This document shows positions 19,056-20,000 of a DNA stretch of 20,000 bases, in pieces. Made by a program: the position numbers and the translations under genes. Within the stretch, counting starts at the first letter, position 1, and each line of letters starts with the position of its first letter. The notes below the pieces were generated by a model. The model was not told the origin of the DNA and did no database searches. It was given only the letters and a program-made list of their open reading frames with translations. Source of the stretch: Chiloscyllium plagiosum (Eukaryota); assembly GCF_004010195.1 (NCBI RefSeq), contig NC_057754.1, positions 2,051,139 to 2,071,138 on the forward strand, in the 5' to 3' direction.

Positions 19056-19821
19056 CTTCCAAGTAAACCTTTTGGATTATTGTGTGATTGTGTTGTGTGT
19101 TTTTTAACTGTGTCCACCCCAGTCCAACACCAGCACCTCCAAGTCTTTAAATTTTAACCACATATTTCTGGTTTCATCCTTGTAATTCTTCTCTGCACCG
19201 TCTCTCATGTCCTTTTTATGATCAGAACTGCACTCAGTAATTTTAAAGATGGTCAGAGTAAGGTTTAATACAGGTTTAGCATGAACTTTCTACCTTTCGA
19301 TGTTATCCCATTAGAAATAAAACCTAGTGCTCACTTTGCTTTTTAATATCTTTTATAGCCCGTGATTTTTCATTTGCACTGAGATGTCTTTGTTCCCTGT
19401 ACCCCTCCAAGACTCCTATCTTCTAAGTAGTAGTGACTTCCTTGTGAGATTTTTAAAATGTTAGGTTAGAAAGGCGTCCTGTACCGACTATAAGAACTCC
19501 ATTCTGTCCAATTAATATCAGGGATTAGAGGTGGGGCTGAAGGTAGGGTGGTGTGCAGAAAAGAGAAACACAGGAGGTTACATCTGGATCAGAATGTCTG
19601 GGTTCAAATCCCACTTGCCCCAGATACAAGTTGCAGCATTTCTTATGGAATAAAAATGTGTAGAAAGGGGAATTGCCTTTAGGGGCCAGTGCTCTCCACA
19701 GAGGCTGGAGGATCAGCTCTGGAGAAGACATTTTAATTTAATTCTAAAATTAACAGTCCCCTAAGTTTCCAGTGACTTTGTTCTTTTGTCTTTGTTACAT
19801 GCCCCATCAGGGCTATTTAAC

Positions 19822-20000
19822 TTTTTTTTTATAGTATATTTTTATTAAGAAAAAATAGATTGTTAAATATTACAACAAATACAAAACGATGCAATTCAAA
19901 ACAGTACAAAAATAGTACAAAACTAAACCCAAATAATAAAAAAAATTCCCCAACCCACGAATATATAAACGAATGTATAAACATATATAGAGAAGTATAA
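19822..20000 (-). mobile_element. 3' end of a poly(A) retroelement (L1/Tx1-like), continuing beyond the window
   Basis: The minus strand shows a T-rich 3' UTR, AATAAA (TTTATT on +, ~19841-19846) and a poly(A) tail (T-run 19822-19830). No coding sequence lies in the window. Confidence 0.5.

Larger units (their letters stand above)
18575..19143 (+). mobile_element. 3' non-coding fragment of another Penelope-like family (family C) with a CA-rich segment
   Basis: A CA-rich block and AT-rich UTR are followed by an HHR motif at 19021-19055 and a tail ending CACCCCAGTCCAACACCAGCACCTCCAAG. Possible short TSD TCTTTAA (18567-18573 / 19144-19150). Confidence 0.65.
18120..19420 (-). mobile_element. Fragmented old CR1 3' region (pieces ~18120-18275, 18455-18570, 19150-19420) split by later insertions
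   Basis: 'FKGQLSKYL..KEL.SY' matches the CR1 C-terminus. The other pieces are a decayed 'LFSL..RRLRGDLIE.FKIM..FD..D' segment and a 'MLNLY..L..P.L.Y.VQF' segment. Confidence 0.6.

Noticed and set aside
19585..19630. B-box-like GGGTTCAAATCCC
   Set aside because: Possibly a SINE head remnant, but no A box or body could be supported.
1..20000. CRISPR array, prokaryotic operon, retron or DGR system
   Set aside because: There are no regularly spaced repeats or prokaryotic gene structure. All RT motifs assign to Gypsy, CR1 or Penelope elements.

Overview
This is repeat-saturated vertebrate DNA, most likely from an elasmobranch (shark or ray). That is inferred from an HE1/V-SINE, HER1-like CR1 LINEs and a SacSINE1-like DeuSINE. 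No intact cellular gene is evident, and nearly all ORFs in the track are fragments or antisense shadows of retroelements. The window holds a decayed Gypsy LTR retrotransposon (1-~5365) with three nested insertions, a second heavily deleted Gypsy (~7250-8610), a CR1 LINE that retains its 5' end but has an internal deletion (~8610-11513), older CR1 and L2 fragments, several tRNA-derived SINEs, and a Penelope-like element (PLE, 15988-17720) with RT, GIY-YIG, inverted pseudo-LTRs and a perfect 12-bp TSD. The most interesting signal is a set of minimal hammerhead ribozyme (HHR) motifs (CUGANGA...stem II...GAAA-CGUC/GCUA) from three distinct PLE-type families. One family occurs as three short non-coding, TSD-flanked, partly palindromic insertions (4135-4344, 6881-7143, 16430-16563). 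The first two share a 31-35 nt unpaired tail with the coding PLE, and the third sits between the two halves of that PLE's GIY-YIG motif. Three candidate small exons lie in a repeat-poor island at ~15050-15780. All family names come from motif recognition, not from database searches.
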